DNA from: Dehalococcoidia bacterium
GTDB lineage: Bacteria; Chloroflexota; Dehalococcoidia; Lucifugimonadales; Australimonadaceae
DNA length: 64,000 nt
Direction: 5' to 3'
NCBI GenBank assembly: GCA_965200975.1
Contig: OZ241740.1
Coordinates: 1,282,636 to 1,346,635 of the forward strand
Shown here: piece by piece, positions 44,783-54,065 of the stretch
Layout: each line of letters begins with the position of its first letter
Numbering within the stretch: the first letter of the stretch is position 1
Notes under the pieces: generated by a model
What the model was told of the DNA's origin: nothing
Database searches by the model: none
What the model saw: the letters and a program-made list of their open reading frames with translations, nothing else
Position numbers and translations under genes: made by a program

Positions 44783-45580
44783 TTAGGGGCGGCTGATGGG
44801 CGGAGCGGCCTCCGGGTTGTTGGTGACGACGCGGGTGTAGTACTGCCAGACGCCGCCGACGCGCGGGGTGGCGCCGGAGAGCGGCCGCTGGAAGTGGGGG
44901 AGTTGGGGGAGAGGGGTGCGCCCCGACATCTCGTCGACGAGTTCGTCTTCGAGGTAGGGGTGGTCCGGGCCGGCGGCGGAGAAGGCCCAGTAGTTCATCT
45001 TGGCCTGCTCTTCGAGTTGCATCATCGTCATTACGGAGTCTTCGAGGCTGCTGCCGGCGGTGGTGGCGCCGTGGCCGCGCAGCAGGATGGCCTTCGAGTC
45101 GCCGAGGAGCTGCGCGACCTCGAGGCCCTCCTCTTCGGTCTGCACGGTCTTGACGTGGTTCCACATCGGCAGTTCGTTCTGGACGAGCTGCGCGCCCTCC
45201 TGGTTCATCGGACGCAGCCGCTTCAGGAGCGTCGTGGCGAGGATGGTGTAGTGCGGGTGAACGTGCACCACCGACTGCACATCGGAGCGCAGCTTCATAA
45301 TCGAGGAGTGCATCTTCACCTCGAACGGCTGGGAGGAGCCGATCGGCCCGTCGACCTTGTAGCCCTCGATGTCCACGACGATCATATCCTCGGGGCGCAT
45401 CGAGTAGAGGGCGTCGACGGTGTAGCCGCGGCCCTTCACAACGAACTTGTCGGGGTCGTTCGGGAGGCGCAGGCTGGCGTGGCCCAGGGATGCGCGGAAG
45501 CCGGTGGCGAGCCCGACCTCTGCGAGCACGCGATTGGCGACGGCGACCTCGTACTTGACCTCGTCCCACTCTCTAGTCAT
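44783..45580 (-). CDS. class II aldolase/adducin-domain protein
   Basis: 265 aa. GHASLRLP...FVVKGRG and the metal-ligand cluster VVHVHPHY are present. Confidence 0.85.
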   Translation of the reverse strand: MTREWDEVKYEVAVANRVLAEVGLATGFRASLGHASLRLPNDPDKFVVKGRGYTVDALYSMRPEDMIVVDIEGYKVDGPIGSSQPFEVKMHSSIMKLRSDVQSVVHVHPHYTILATTLLKRLRPMNQEGAQLVQNELPMWNHVKTVQTEEEGLEVAQLLGDSKAILLRGHGATTAGSSLEDSVMTMMQLEEQAKMNYWAFSAAGPDHPYLEDELVDEMSGRTPLPQLPHFQRPLSGATPRVGGVWQYYTRVVTNNPEAAPPISRP

Positions 45581-45903
45581 GGGGGCTGACCTCCTGCTGG
45601 TGTTCGGCGGCGCGCCCGAGCGGCGCCGCAGGTTAGGGGCACTTTACTAGAAGCGGGCGCCGCCGGGTAGCGGGGCCTCCGAGCGCTCCCCTCGTTCCAG
45701 GGGAGGGCGGCATGATAGCAGGGAGGCCGGGGCCGGGCGAGGGCGGATGTCGTAGGGCGCCCGCCGCCCGCCGCTGTCGCGGGCGGGGAGGCCCTTGCGG
45801 GGGCGGGGGATTATTGCGCCGTATGGATTGCGTGGCGCGCTGGGTTGTTGTATAGATCTGGGGGAGTCTGCCCGACGACTTGCCCTAATGGAGATGCGCC
45901 GCT

Positions 45904-48900
45904 ATGTATGGTCGTTTGCTCGCGGAGGGTAGGACTCTCCGTTTGTTCCCTGTGACTCTGCGGTTTGGCGTGTTGGCGGCTCTGGCGGTTGCGGCGTTTG
46001 CCGTGTTATGGGGGCAGGGTGCGTCAGCGGCGACGCTGGTTGCGCCGTTCGGCGATATGACGATCGCTGACGGGGCGACCCGCGATATCGCAATGACCGA
46101 TCACTTCTCGGGCGAGGGTCTGACCTACGAGGTTCTGGTGACCACGACGCACCAGGGCACGGGGGTGGTGCGGACTGCTCCGCTGAACCAGGTGGGAGTG
46201 AACAAGGTTACGGGGGAGTGGAGCGGCGCGGTGCTGACGCTGACGGGCGGCGACGCGGTTCCGCAGGACTTGACGCTGCGGGTTACGGCGACCGACTCGG
46301 GCGGGGCCAGGGCGAGCGGAGAGTTCGTCCTTTCGCTGGTGATTCCGCCGCAAGAGGTGGACGTCTCGAGCGCGTGGTCGGACGGGATGGAGGTCGGTGC
46401 GCAGCTCCGCTCCATCTCGACCAGCCCTCCTACGTGGCTGGGACGGTGAACGCCGGTGGCGGGTCTGTGGTCATCGGCGAGTGGGGGAGCAATCCCCGGA
46501 CGATGGTGTTTTCGAAGATCGGAGAGGGGGAGATCACGCTCGAGTGGGAGGCTATCGCGGGCGGGATACTCTACGCTTGGTCGAGCGCCCCCGCCCCGGC
46601 GCCTACACCGACTCCCGCGCCGGCGCCTACGCCTACGCCGACTCCTACGCCGACGCCGACGGCTACGCCAACCCCGGCTCCGACAGCTACACCGACGCCT
46701 ACTCCCACGCCGACCCCGACTCCTACGCCTACTCCGGCGCCTACGCTGACGCCGCCGCAGGAGGTAGACGTCTCCAACGCGTGGTCGGACGGCGTGGAGA
46801 TTGGGGCGCGGCTCCGCATCAACCTCGGGCTGCCCTCCTACGTGCCGGGCACGGTGGACGCCGGGGGCGGATCGGTCGTCATCGATCCGTGGGGGGGGTC
46901 AATCCTCGGACGATGGTGTTTTCGAAGGACGGAGAGGGGGACATCACGCTCGAGTGGGAGGCGGTCGCAGGCGGGATACGCTACTCCTGGTCGAGCGCCC
47001 CCGCGCCGACGCCGACGCCTACTCCCACGCCAGCCCCCACGCCCACTCCTACGCCGACCCCGACCCCAACGCCTACTCCTACTCCTACTCCGGCGCCTAC
47101 GGCTACGCCGACGCCTGGGCCTGCTCCGGGTCCGATAGGGGATACGCCGACGAACGTTGCGGTTTCATCGAGCGGACTGGTTACGTGGACGAAGGCGGGG
47201 GTCGCGGTCGAGGGTCAGCGCTACGCCATCCGGTGGGCCTTCAGCACGGGGATTCCGCAGAGCTCGGATCTGACCGAGCGCGCCCGCGACGAGCGGCACG
47301 AGGTGATGCGGGAGTCGGAGTGCGCGGCGGATGGCCGGTGCGAGTTCCAGATTCCGAACTTCAACCCGTCGTTGAACTATCTGGCGCAGGTGCAGTCGCG
47401 TCGCGGCGCCGACCTGTCATGGATAGAGACGAGGCATGACGCAGAGGGGAGCCTCTCGCTGTTGCCGGGCCCGTTCCCGGGGCCGGAGGAGTACACGGCG
47501 GAGGGCTACAAACTGACGACTAAGCCGTTGGTCTTTAGCTGTGGACGGCAGGACAACTCGGGCAACTGCATAGCGATCGAGTTTGAAATAGCGAACCAGT
47601 TGCCGCACTCCATGTCGGATGGGATGCGTCGCACGTTCGATCCTGGACCCGGCTGCAGTTATGTCATGGTGCATAACTACCTAGCGCTTACAGCGGCGCA
47701 CTGCTGGGAGGGCCGCGGACACAGCGCGATGTTGCTGCGGTCGGCGATAACGGAACAGGTGTTCGGAGATGCTCTTGGCAGCTACGCGCACCTGATTCGT
47801 CCTTCCAGGGATACGAACTACCTCGGGGGTTCCCTTCCCTATACTTTCCGCTACAGCGCCGGGTTCTCGCGGGAATGGAAGCGCATCGGAGACGACATTA
47901 CCTTCGTTACGGCGAGAGAGCGCATGCCGCAGGGCGAGCTCGATTCGCTGCAGTTCATGCATCTGGACACTACGACGCTCCCCACCGACCTCGACGGGTC
48001 GCGGGTGTTCTTTGCGACGGGGAACGGGTTCTATGACCACGGCGAGCCGATCATAGGCGAGCGTACTGAATACGGATCGTGGAGGAACGGCAAACGAGAA
48101 GCTATAGCGGCTGTGAACGTCTCGGATAGCGTACTGCTGTGGAGAGGTTCGTCGGGGACGGCGTTCTTCCGCCGCAACGAGGCCAAAGACCGCTGGGAGA
48201 TCATCGCGGTCCATAAGGGCACAGGCCGCGGCCCCTACGTCTGGAGCGTTCGGGACGACATGCGCGCGACGATGGCCGAAGCCAACAAACTCGACCTGGA
48301 TCACCGGCGGCGGGACGTGGACTCGCCGGACACGAGCGCCGGGTCGTACGCCCAGCTCCGGCAGGCCGTGGACAATGTGAACATCGCCCAGGTGATTGCG
48401 CTGATCGACGCGGGCGTCGACACCACCCGCGACGACGGGGCGATTCTGGCGCGCGCCGTAGGCGCGTACCTCTCGGAGAGCAACCAGAAGAAGGCCGCCG
48501 ATCGCCTCGCTATCGTCGAGCAGCTGACGCTGTCGGGGATAGACATCTCGGAAGTGACTATGTCCGAGGGAGCGTCCTCGCAGCCTCTGCTGCACAAGGC
48601 GATCGGGAGCGACGACTGGCGTCTGGTGGAGACGCTGCTGGACAACGTAACGGATTTCGATTTCGAGACTGACGCGCTGGCTGCGGACGACTCGGCGGGC
48701 AACAACGCCGCGCACTATCTCGCACAAGGGCCGGTTAGCTCCCACATCGTCGACCACGTTCTGGGGCATGCGGCTGACGCGCTGATCGAGGCGGAGAACG
48801 ACGCTGGGCAGACGGTGACGGAGGCGATCCTTGCCGCCTCCGACGAGGAGTGGGCGGACGCGCTGCTGGCGAGCGTGGCGACAAGGAAGGCGCTGACCAA

Positions 48901-49165
48901 AGAGACGGCCAACTCCTGGGGAAGCTCGTACATCGCCTATCTGTGCCGGGACATTACGGTGGACGGTCAGACGACGAGCGTGGTGGAGGAGGTCGTCAAG
49001 CATAAGAACGGCAAGCTGAGCGACACGTTTGGCCTTCTTTCGAGCGACGTCATCGTCTTTAGTCTGAGACTGCGATCCGACGCCAGATTGAGCTCGCTTC
49101 CGCTGTACTCTGCATTCAGGGAGAACCCTGCGTGCAGCAACATGATCGACCGGCTCAGGTCGTAG
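45904..49165 (+). pseudogene. large secreted multidomain S1-type serine protease with ankyrin repeats, broken by two -1 frame changes
   Basis: Three ORF segments: frame 1 (45904..46449), frame 0 (coding about 46415..46898) and frame 2 (about 46899..49165). Order: signal peptide, Ig/cadherin-like domain, 2 x ~135-aa module + PT linker, FN3-like, LTAAHC (His 47699..47701), GDDITFV, GSSGT (Ser 48152..48154), ankyrin-like repeats (about 48.34-48.85 kb). Confidence 0.7.
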
Positions 49166-49175
49166 TGAGAGAGGG

Positions 49176-49200
49176 GCGGGGGGAGAGGATCTCCCCCCGC
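49176..49200 (+). terminator. perfect 11-bp GC hairpin after the protease gene
   Basis: GCGGGGGGAGA-GGA-TCTCCCCCCGC, starting 11 nt after the stop at 49165. No T-tract follows. Confidence 0.5.
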
Positions 49201-49359
49201 TCGCGTCTCCCGCTCGCGCCGTCTGCTTCCCCTGCCGCCCGTCGTAGGTCAGTCTGCGGGCCTTCCTCTATCCCGACTTCTCGTTCCCCCTGCCGTCCGT
49301 GGTAGGATTGGCGCCATTCCGGCGGCGCGCCAGCGCCGCCTGTGCGGAGGAGCTGGGCT

Positions 49360-50523
49360 ATGGAGATCAACGCGCTGGACGGCGACGGGCACGTCGAGGA
49401 GTGGGAAGGCACCTGGTCGGACGAGTATCTCGAACCGGCGTTCCGCGACCGCCGGCCCCGGGTCGTCGAGACGGGCGAGTTCGAGCACGACTACATCTGG
49501 GAGATTGACGGCTCGCGCATCCGCGTCGGCGGGTCGCCGTCGAGCAAGGCCGGCGTAGTCTCGACCGAGTACACGCTGATGGCGAAGTGGCGCGGCCCGC
49601 ACGAGAGCGGGGAGTTTCACTCGGCGGAAGACCGGCTCGCAGTGATGGAGGCCGAGAACACGTGGCTCTCGGTGAACTATCCCACGCTGCTGCTGAACTG
49701 GCCAATCGCCGCAGACCCGGCCCTGAACGCGGCGCTCACCCGCGCCTACAACAACTGGGTCGCCGACATCTCCGGGCAGTCGCCCGACAGGCTCAAGTGG
49801 GTCACGGTGATCGACCCGCGCGACCCGGCGGAGGCGGTGCGCGAGATGGAGCGCACCAAGCCGATGGGGTCGGTCGGGATTATGGTGTTCGGGGACTACA
49901 GCGCAAAGGGGCTCGACCATCCCGACTTCGAGCCTGTCTGGGCGGCGGCGCAAGACCTCGAGATGCCGGTGAACGTGCACCCCGGCATCGGCGCGAAAGA
50001 CGCCATGCGGGACTGGCGGAACATCGCCGGCGACCAGTTCCTGATGTCCGTCGTGCGGGGTTTCAAGACGATATGCGGCTCCGGGATCCTCGACCGTTAC
50101 CCCAAGGTGAAGGTTTCGTTCCTCGAGACCGGCTGCACGTGGGTCGATTTCGCGGTTGCGGTAATGGACTTTACGCTGGACAACATCAAGGACCGTATGG
50201 AGATAGGGACGATTCGCTCGGAGCACAAGCCGGTGATCGAGCGCGGGCTGCCCAAGGCGACGCCGCTCGAGTACATCCGCGACGGGCGCATCTTCATCGG
50301 GTTCGAGGTGGACGACGACCTGCTGCCCTACATGGTGAACAAGTACGGCACGGACTGCTGGGTGTACGCGAGCGACATTCCGCACGCGCACCGCGTGCCC
50401 GACTCGCCGAAGTACATCATGGGCCGGGACGACCTCACCGCGGAGCAGAAGTCGCGCATCCTCTGGAAGGGCGCGTCGGAGCTATATGGCCTGCCAGTCC
50501 CGGAGCGGGCCGGCGCGCGATGA
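49360..50523 (+). CDS. amidohydrolase family protein (amidohydrolase_2 / ACMSD-like)
   Basis: ORF trimmed to MEINALDGDGHVEEWE (ATG 49360). Metal-ligand start and C-terminal YASDIPHAH. Confidence 0.85.
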   Translation: MEINALDGDGHVEEWEGTWSDEYLEPAFRDRRPRVVETGEFEHDYIWEIDGSRIRVGGSPSSKAGVVSTEYTLMAKWRGPHESGEFHSAEDRLAVMEAENTWLSVNYPTLLLNWPIAADPALNAALTRAYNNWVADISGQSPDRLKWVTVIDPRDPAEAVREMERTKPMGSVGIMVFGDYSAKGLDHPDFEPVWAAAQDLEMPVNVHPGIGAKDAMRDWRNIAGDQFLMSVVRGFKTICGSGILDRYPKVKVSFLETGCTWVDFAVAVMDFTLDNIKDRMEIGTIRSEHKPVIERGLPKATPLEYIRDGRIFIGFEVDDDLLPYMVNKYGTDCWVYASDIPHAHRVPDSPKYIMGRDDLTAEQKSRILWKGASELYGLPVPERAGAR

Positions 50524-50774
50524 CGGATTATCGTTTTACTCGGAAACAACGCCGCAGGATGCCTCCAATGCTGCTTTACGGCATCGTCCGGGAAGGCGAT
50601 GTCGCAGCGCTCAGAGCGAAGGCCGAAGCAGCGAGAGACGAAGGCAACTTTTTTGATGCTGCTTTCGCCTACGCAAATATGGCGCGAAACTACGAAGAAA
50701 CTGGAGATATTCAAGCGGCGACTACAGCGCGTAGATCGGCAGCGTATGCCTTTAGAGACTGTGCTAGAGGTTAG
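50520..50774 (+). CDS. small TPR/SNAP-like helical-repeat protein, ends at a TAG in frame with the next ORF
   Basis: 84 aa with an ATGA overlap with the amidohydrolase stop. EGNFFDAAFAYANMARNYEETGDIQAATTARRSAAYAF is a helical-hairpin repeat like those in 50781..51290. Confidence 0.45.
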   Translation: MTDYRFTRKQRRRMPPMLLYGIVREGDVAALRAKAEAARDEGNFFDAAFAYANMARNYEETGDIQAATTARRSAAYAFRDCARG

Positions 50775-50780
50775 AGAAAT

Positions 50781-51290
50781 TTGGAACGTGATTCACCAAA
50801 AGACGGAATCGATACTCATCCTGCAGACAATCTCTATACAGAGTCTATAGCAATTTTCAATTCGATCGGAGACAAGAAGATTGCTAAAGAGACAGCCAAG
50901 GAAGCAGATAACGAATATAGATATAGGTGGCTAGAATTAGCGGATGCGAGATATAAGCAAGCTACCAAATGGAAGGAGTCTGGCGAAAAACAAGCCGCCG
51001 GCCATCAGTACAGACAAGCTGCCTGGGCCTATTTGGGTGCTGGGAACACTAAGAACGCTATGATTGCATTTGAGAACTCCTATGATGCCTTCACAGGGGC
51101 CGGTTATGAGCACCATAGGGCTGGAGATGATGATCAGGCTTCTACTGCGTGGGGCGAGGCCGCTGATTCCTTAGGAGAGTGGAGCAGATTGCGTTCTCAC
51201 CGATTGGGTAGCCGCTGTCTTCTTGGATGTGCAGGCTTATTGGCGCTGATAATTGCTTCGGTTTTCATTCTCACCCGGATGGTCATATGA
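50781..51290 (+). CDS. tail-anchored TPR/SNAP-like repeat protein
   Basis: 169 aa with a TTG start, AT-rich. SGEKQAAGHQYRQAAWAYLGAGNTKNAMIAFENSYDAFTGAGYEHHRAGDDDQAS. C-terminal TM helix CLLGCAGLLALIIASVFILT. Confidence 0.5.
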   Translation: MERDSPKDGIDTHPADNLYTESIAIFNSIGDKKIAKETAKEADNEYRYRWLELADARYKQATKWKESGEKQAAGHQYRQAAWAYLGAGNTKNAMIAFENSYDAFTGAGYEHHRAGDDDQASTAWGEAADSLGEWSRLRSHRLGSRCLLGCAGLLALIIASVFILTRMVI

Positions 51291-51399
51291 TCCCGGGCCG
51301 GCGTGCAGCGTTCGCTAGGCTGCTTTCCGATAGGTCACCTTGACGCTGAAGACGCCGTCCTCGGACGGATAGCGCGGCTCCTCGGACATTTCGATGTCC
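50940..51399. repeat. segmental duplication, copy A (3' two-thirds of the TPR-like gene + 3' end of arsM)
   Basis: Aligns by eye with 51805..52278 (offset 865-879 bp, a few indels, visibly diverged). Confidence 0.8.
51315..51399 (-). pseudogene. relic 3' fragment of the arsM-like methyltransferase
   Basis: Encodes ...DIEMSEEPRYPSEDGVFSVKVTYRKAA*, against ...DIEMSEEPRYPSEDGVFSAKVTARKAG* at the end of 52194..52952. It has no methyltransferase body. Confidence 0.7.
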
Positions 51400-51660
51400 C
51401 ATAAGGCGCAGTCGATAACATCAACGACAACTGGTCGCTGCAGAAAGGATTGCAAGGACATCATATGGCTATCTGTTCGTTCATTTACGGAACATCCTCG
51501 ATATTTGTCGCTATGTTTCTCGCCGATTTTTTGTATTCTATTGGCGGGTTCGCAACGTTCGGAGGGCACATAGTTTTAATGATAGGGGGGTTTCCTGTCA
51601 GCTTCTTTCCTACCTCCGCTTGCTGTTCGTATAAGCCGCGTCCGAGGGCGAATTGCTACC

Positions 51661-52167
51661 TTGCTAATTGCATTAGTTCCCGGTGTTCTTATCACCTTGG
51701 TTCTGGCTTTTATATTTGCCGAAATAAGAGGCCTTTTAGTCATGTGGCTATTCATCCGCGCTATTTATATGTTCCGAGGATGGTCGCCAGCAGAGGAGTC
51801 GCTAGCGGATGCGGAGTATAAGCAGGCTATCGAGCGGAAAGAGTCCGGCGAAATCCAAGCCGCCGGCTATGCGTACAGACGAGCTGCCTGGGCCTATTTT
51901 AATGCTGGGAACACTAAGGATGCCATGATTGCGTTTGAGAGCTCTTATGATGCCTTCACAGAGGCCGCTTATGAATACCGTATGGCTGGAGATGATGATC
52001 AGGCTTCTATTGCGCGGGACGAGGCCGCTGAGTCCTTCCGATATTCGAGCAGCTTGTATTGGAGCAGATTCCGTTCTCAACGATTGAGCCGCTGTCTTTT
52101 CGGATGCGTAGGCCTATTGGCGCTGATAATTGCCTCGATTTTCATTCTCGCCCGGGTGGGCATATGA
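51661..52167 (+). CDS. TPR/SNAP-like repeat protein paralogue with N- and C-terminal TM segments
   Basis: 168 aa with a TTG start (uncertain). SGEIQAAGYAYRRAAWAYFNAGNTKDAMIAFESSYDAFTEAAYEYRMAGDDDQAS and C-terminal CLFGCVGLLALIIASIFILA, paralogous to 50781..51290. Confidence 0.5.
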   Translation: MLIALVPGVLITLVLAFIFAEIRGLLVMWLFIRAIYMFRGWSPAEESLADAEYKQAIERKESGEIQAAGYAYRRAAWAYFNAGNTKDAMIAFESSYDAFTEAAYEYRMAGDDDQASIARDEAAESFRYSSSLYWSRFRSQRLSRCLFGCVGLLALIIASIFILARVGI

Positions 52168-52278
52168 TCCCGCTTCCGGGCGCGCAGCGTTCCCTAGCCT
52201 GCCTTGCGGGCTGTCACCTTGGCGCTGAAGACGCCGTCCTCGGACGGATAGCGCGGCTCCTCGGACATTTCGATGTCC
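51805..52278. repeat. segmental duplication, copy B
   Basis: See copy A. Its right end lies inside the intact arsM-like gene. Confidence 0.8.
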
Positions 52279-52952
52279 GTGAAGCCTGCGCGCGCGAGGC
52301 GGTCGAGGTACGCGTCCTGCGCTTCTGCGCCGGCGGAGCACTCGGCCCAGGCCGCGAGGTCTGAGCTGTCGGCGGCGCCTGCCTCGCGCATCATATCCGA
52401 GAGGTGCATTCGTCCGCCGGGCGCGAGGACGCGGAACGCTTCCCGGAACACGGCGTCCTTGTCGGGCGAGAGGCAGACGACGCAGTTGGATATCACTACG
52501 TCGACCGAGGCGTCGGGCAGGGGGATGCGCTCCATTTCGCCTTCTACGAACTCGACGTTGGCGAGTCCGAGCCGCGCCAGGTTGCTGCGGGCGAGTTCGA
52601 GCATCGAGGGCGTCATATCGAGTCCGACGACGCTTCCCGACTCGCCGACCTGCCCCGCGGCTAGGAAGCAGTCGATGCCGCCGCCCGACCCGAGGTCGAG
52701 CACGCGTTCGCCCTCGCGCAGCCCGGCGATCGCGGTGGGGTTTCCGCATCCGAGCGAAGCGGCGATTGACTCCGCGGGCAAGGCGGAGAGGTTCGCGGCG
52801 TCGTAGATACGCAGCGCCTGATTCATATCCTGGGGCGAGCAGCACGCGTCGCTGGACGGCTCCTGCCCCGCCGATAGTTCGATCACGCGGCTGGCGTGCG
52901 CGCCGTACCGCTCGCGGACTGCATGCTTGATTGCGTCGGGCTGGTTCGTCAT
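52194..52952 (-). CDS. arsM: arsenite S-adenosylmethionine methyltransferase-like class I MTase
   Basis: ORF trimmed to MTNQPDAIKHAVRERYG (ATG 52952). Cys pair SDACCSP, LGCGNP, VLDLGSGGGID (SAM motif I) and ISNCVVCL match the ArsM layout. Confidence 0.75.
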   Translation of the reverse strand: MTNQPDAIKHAVRERYGAHASRVIELSAGQEPSSDACCSPQDMNQALRIYDAANLSALPAESIAASLGCGNPTAIAGLREGERVLDLGSGGGIDCFLAAGQVGESGSVVGLDMTPSMLELARSNLARLGLANVEFVEGEMERIPLPDASVDVVISNCVVCLSPDKDAVFREAFRVLAPGGRMHLSDMMREAGAADSSDLAAWAECSAGAEAQDAYLDRLARAGFTDIEMSEEPRYPSEDGVFSAKVTARKAG

Positions 52953-53053
52953 TGGGGAGATCTCCGGCAGAGGCGTGATGTATCGGGCATCCGGCTCTGA
53001 TGGTATCACCAGAGCGCAAGGGGGCTTTGCGCAACGGTGATACCCTTGCGCGT

Positions 53054-54001
53054 ATGGGATACGCGGCGATTGCCGGACGCCTGGCCGCCGGGGAATGCGC
53101 GACGCTCGACGGCGCCGTCAGCACGGAGCTCCACCGCCGGGGCGCGAGCCTCGACGCCTGGGCGGCGCTCGCGACGGTCGAGCGTCCCGACCTCCTGGAG
53201 TCGGTGCACGCGGACTATCTCGCCGCCGGCGCCGACGTCATCAGCGCGAACACGTTCGGCTGCTCCGAACCCCGGCTGGATGCGTTCGGGCTGGCAGGAA
53301 GGATGGAGGAGCTGAACCGGAGCGCAGTCGCTCTCGCACGGGCGGCGCGCGAACGCTCCGGCGGTTCGGCGGTCGTGGCGGGATGCGTGACGACGGTCGG
53401 GCATCGCGGCCCGGACGGGACGCTGCAGGCCACGCCGGATGAGGAGTGGGCGCTTGCGCGGCAGGCGGAGATCCTCGCGGACGCAGGGGCGGAGCTGATC
53501 ATCGTCGAGATGCTCTCGTCGGTTGCGCATGCGAACGTGCAGCTGGCCGCGGCGGCGAGGGCGGGGCTGCCTGTGTGGGCAGGGTTTTCGTGCGCTCCGC
53601 TCGGCGGCGGGGATTCGGGCGCTGTGCGTTTGTTGGGCGAGACGGATGAGCCGTTCGAGGAGTCGCTGCGGCGGATCGATCTCTCGGGAGCGGGCGCCGC
53701 GCTTGTAATGCATACGACGCCGGATATCGCGGCGCCTGCGCTGGCGGCGCTGCGGAGGGTGTGGAGCGGGCTGGTTGGGGCGTATCCTCACGGCGGACGC
53801 TGGCAGGGGCCTACCTGGGATTTCGACCCTGGGTTCACGCCGGAGGCGCTGGCGGCGAGAGCCGGGGAGTGGCTCGCGGCGGAGAGCGAGGTTGGCTGCC
53901 AGCTAGTCGGCGGCTGTTGCGGCACGACTCCGGAGCACATCAGGGCGCTCCGGCGCGTCGTCGATGCGGCGAATGCGGCGGCCACGATGCAGGGCGCGTA
54001 G
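53054..54001 (+). CDS. homocysteine S-methyltransferase family protein
   Basis: ORF trimmed to MGYAAIAGRL (ATG 53054). LDGAVSTEL, ISANTFG and the zinc-ligand motif VGGCCGTTPEHI are present. Confidence 0.8.
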   Translation: MGYAAIAGRLAAGECATLDGAVSTELHRRGASLDAWAALATVERPDLLESVHADYLAAGADVISANTFGCSEPRLDAFGLAGRMEELNRSAVALARAARERSGGSAVVAGCVTTVGHRGPDGTLQATPDEEWALARQAEILADAGAELIIVEMLSSVAHANVQLAAAARAGLPVWAGFSCAPLGGGDSGAVRLLGETDEPFEESLRRIDLSGAGAALVMHTTPDIAAPALAALRRVWSGLVGAYPHGGRWQGPTWDFDPGFTPEALAARAGEWLAAESEVGCQLVGGCCGTTPEHIRALRRVVDAANAAATMQGA

Positions 54002-54065
54002 ATACAGTAGGTCGGCGCATATACGATAGACGGACAGACCGGAAGGAAGCGGGAAGGAGGCTGGG

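Noticed and set aside
45720-45742. A canonical G-quadruplex motif (GGGAGGCCGGGGCCGGGCGAGGG) in the 323-bp spacer upstream of the secreted protease gene.
   Set aside because: Such motifs are expected by chance in G-rich intergenic DNA at this GC content. Nothing in the sequence separates it from background.
50772-50774. The in-frame TAG could be pyrrolysine or programmed read-through.
   Set aside because: No pyl genes or methylamine methyltransferase context are present. TAG also ends other genes here, such as arsM and the alpha/beta hydrolase. A plain nonsense mutation or base-call error is simpler.
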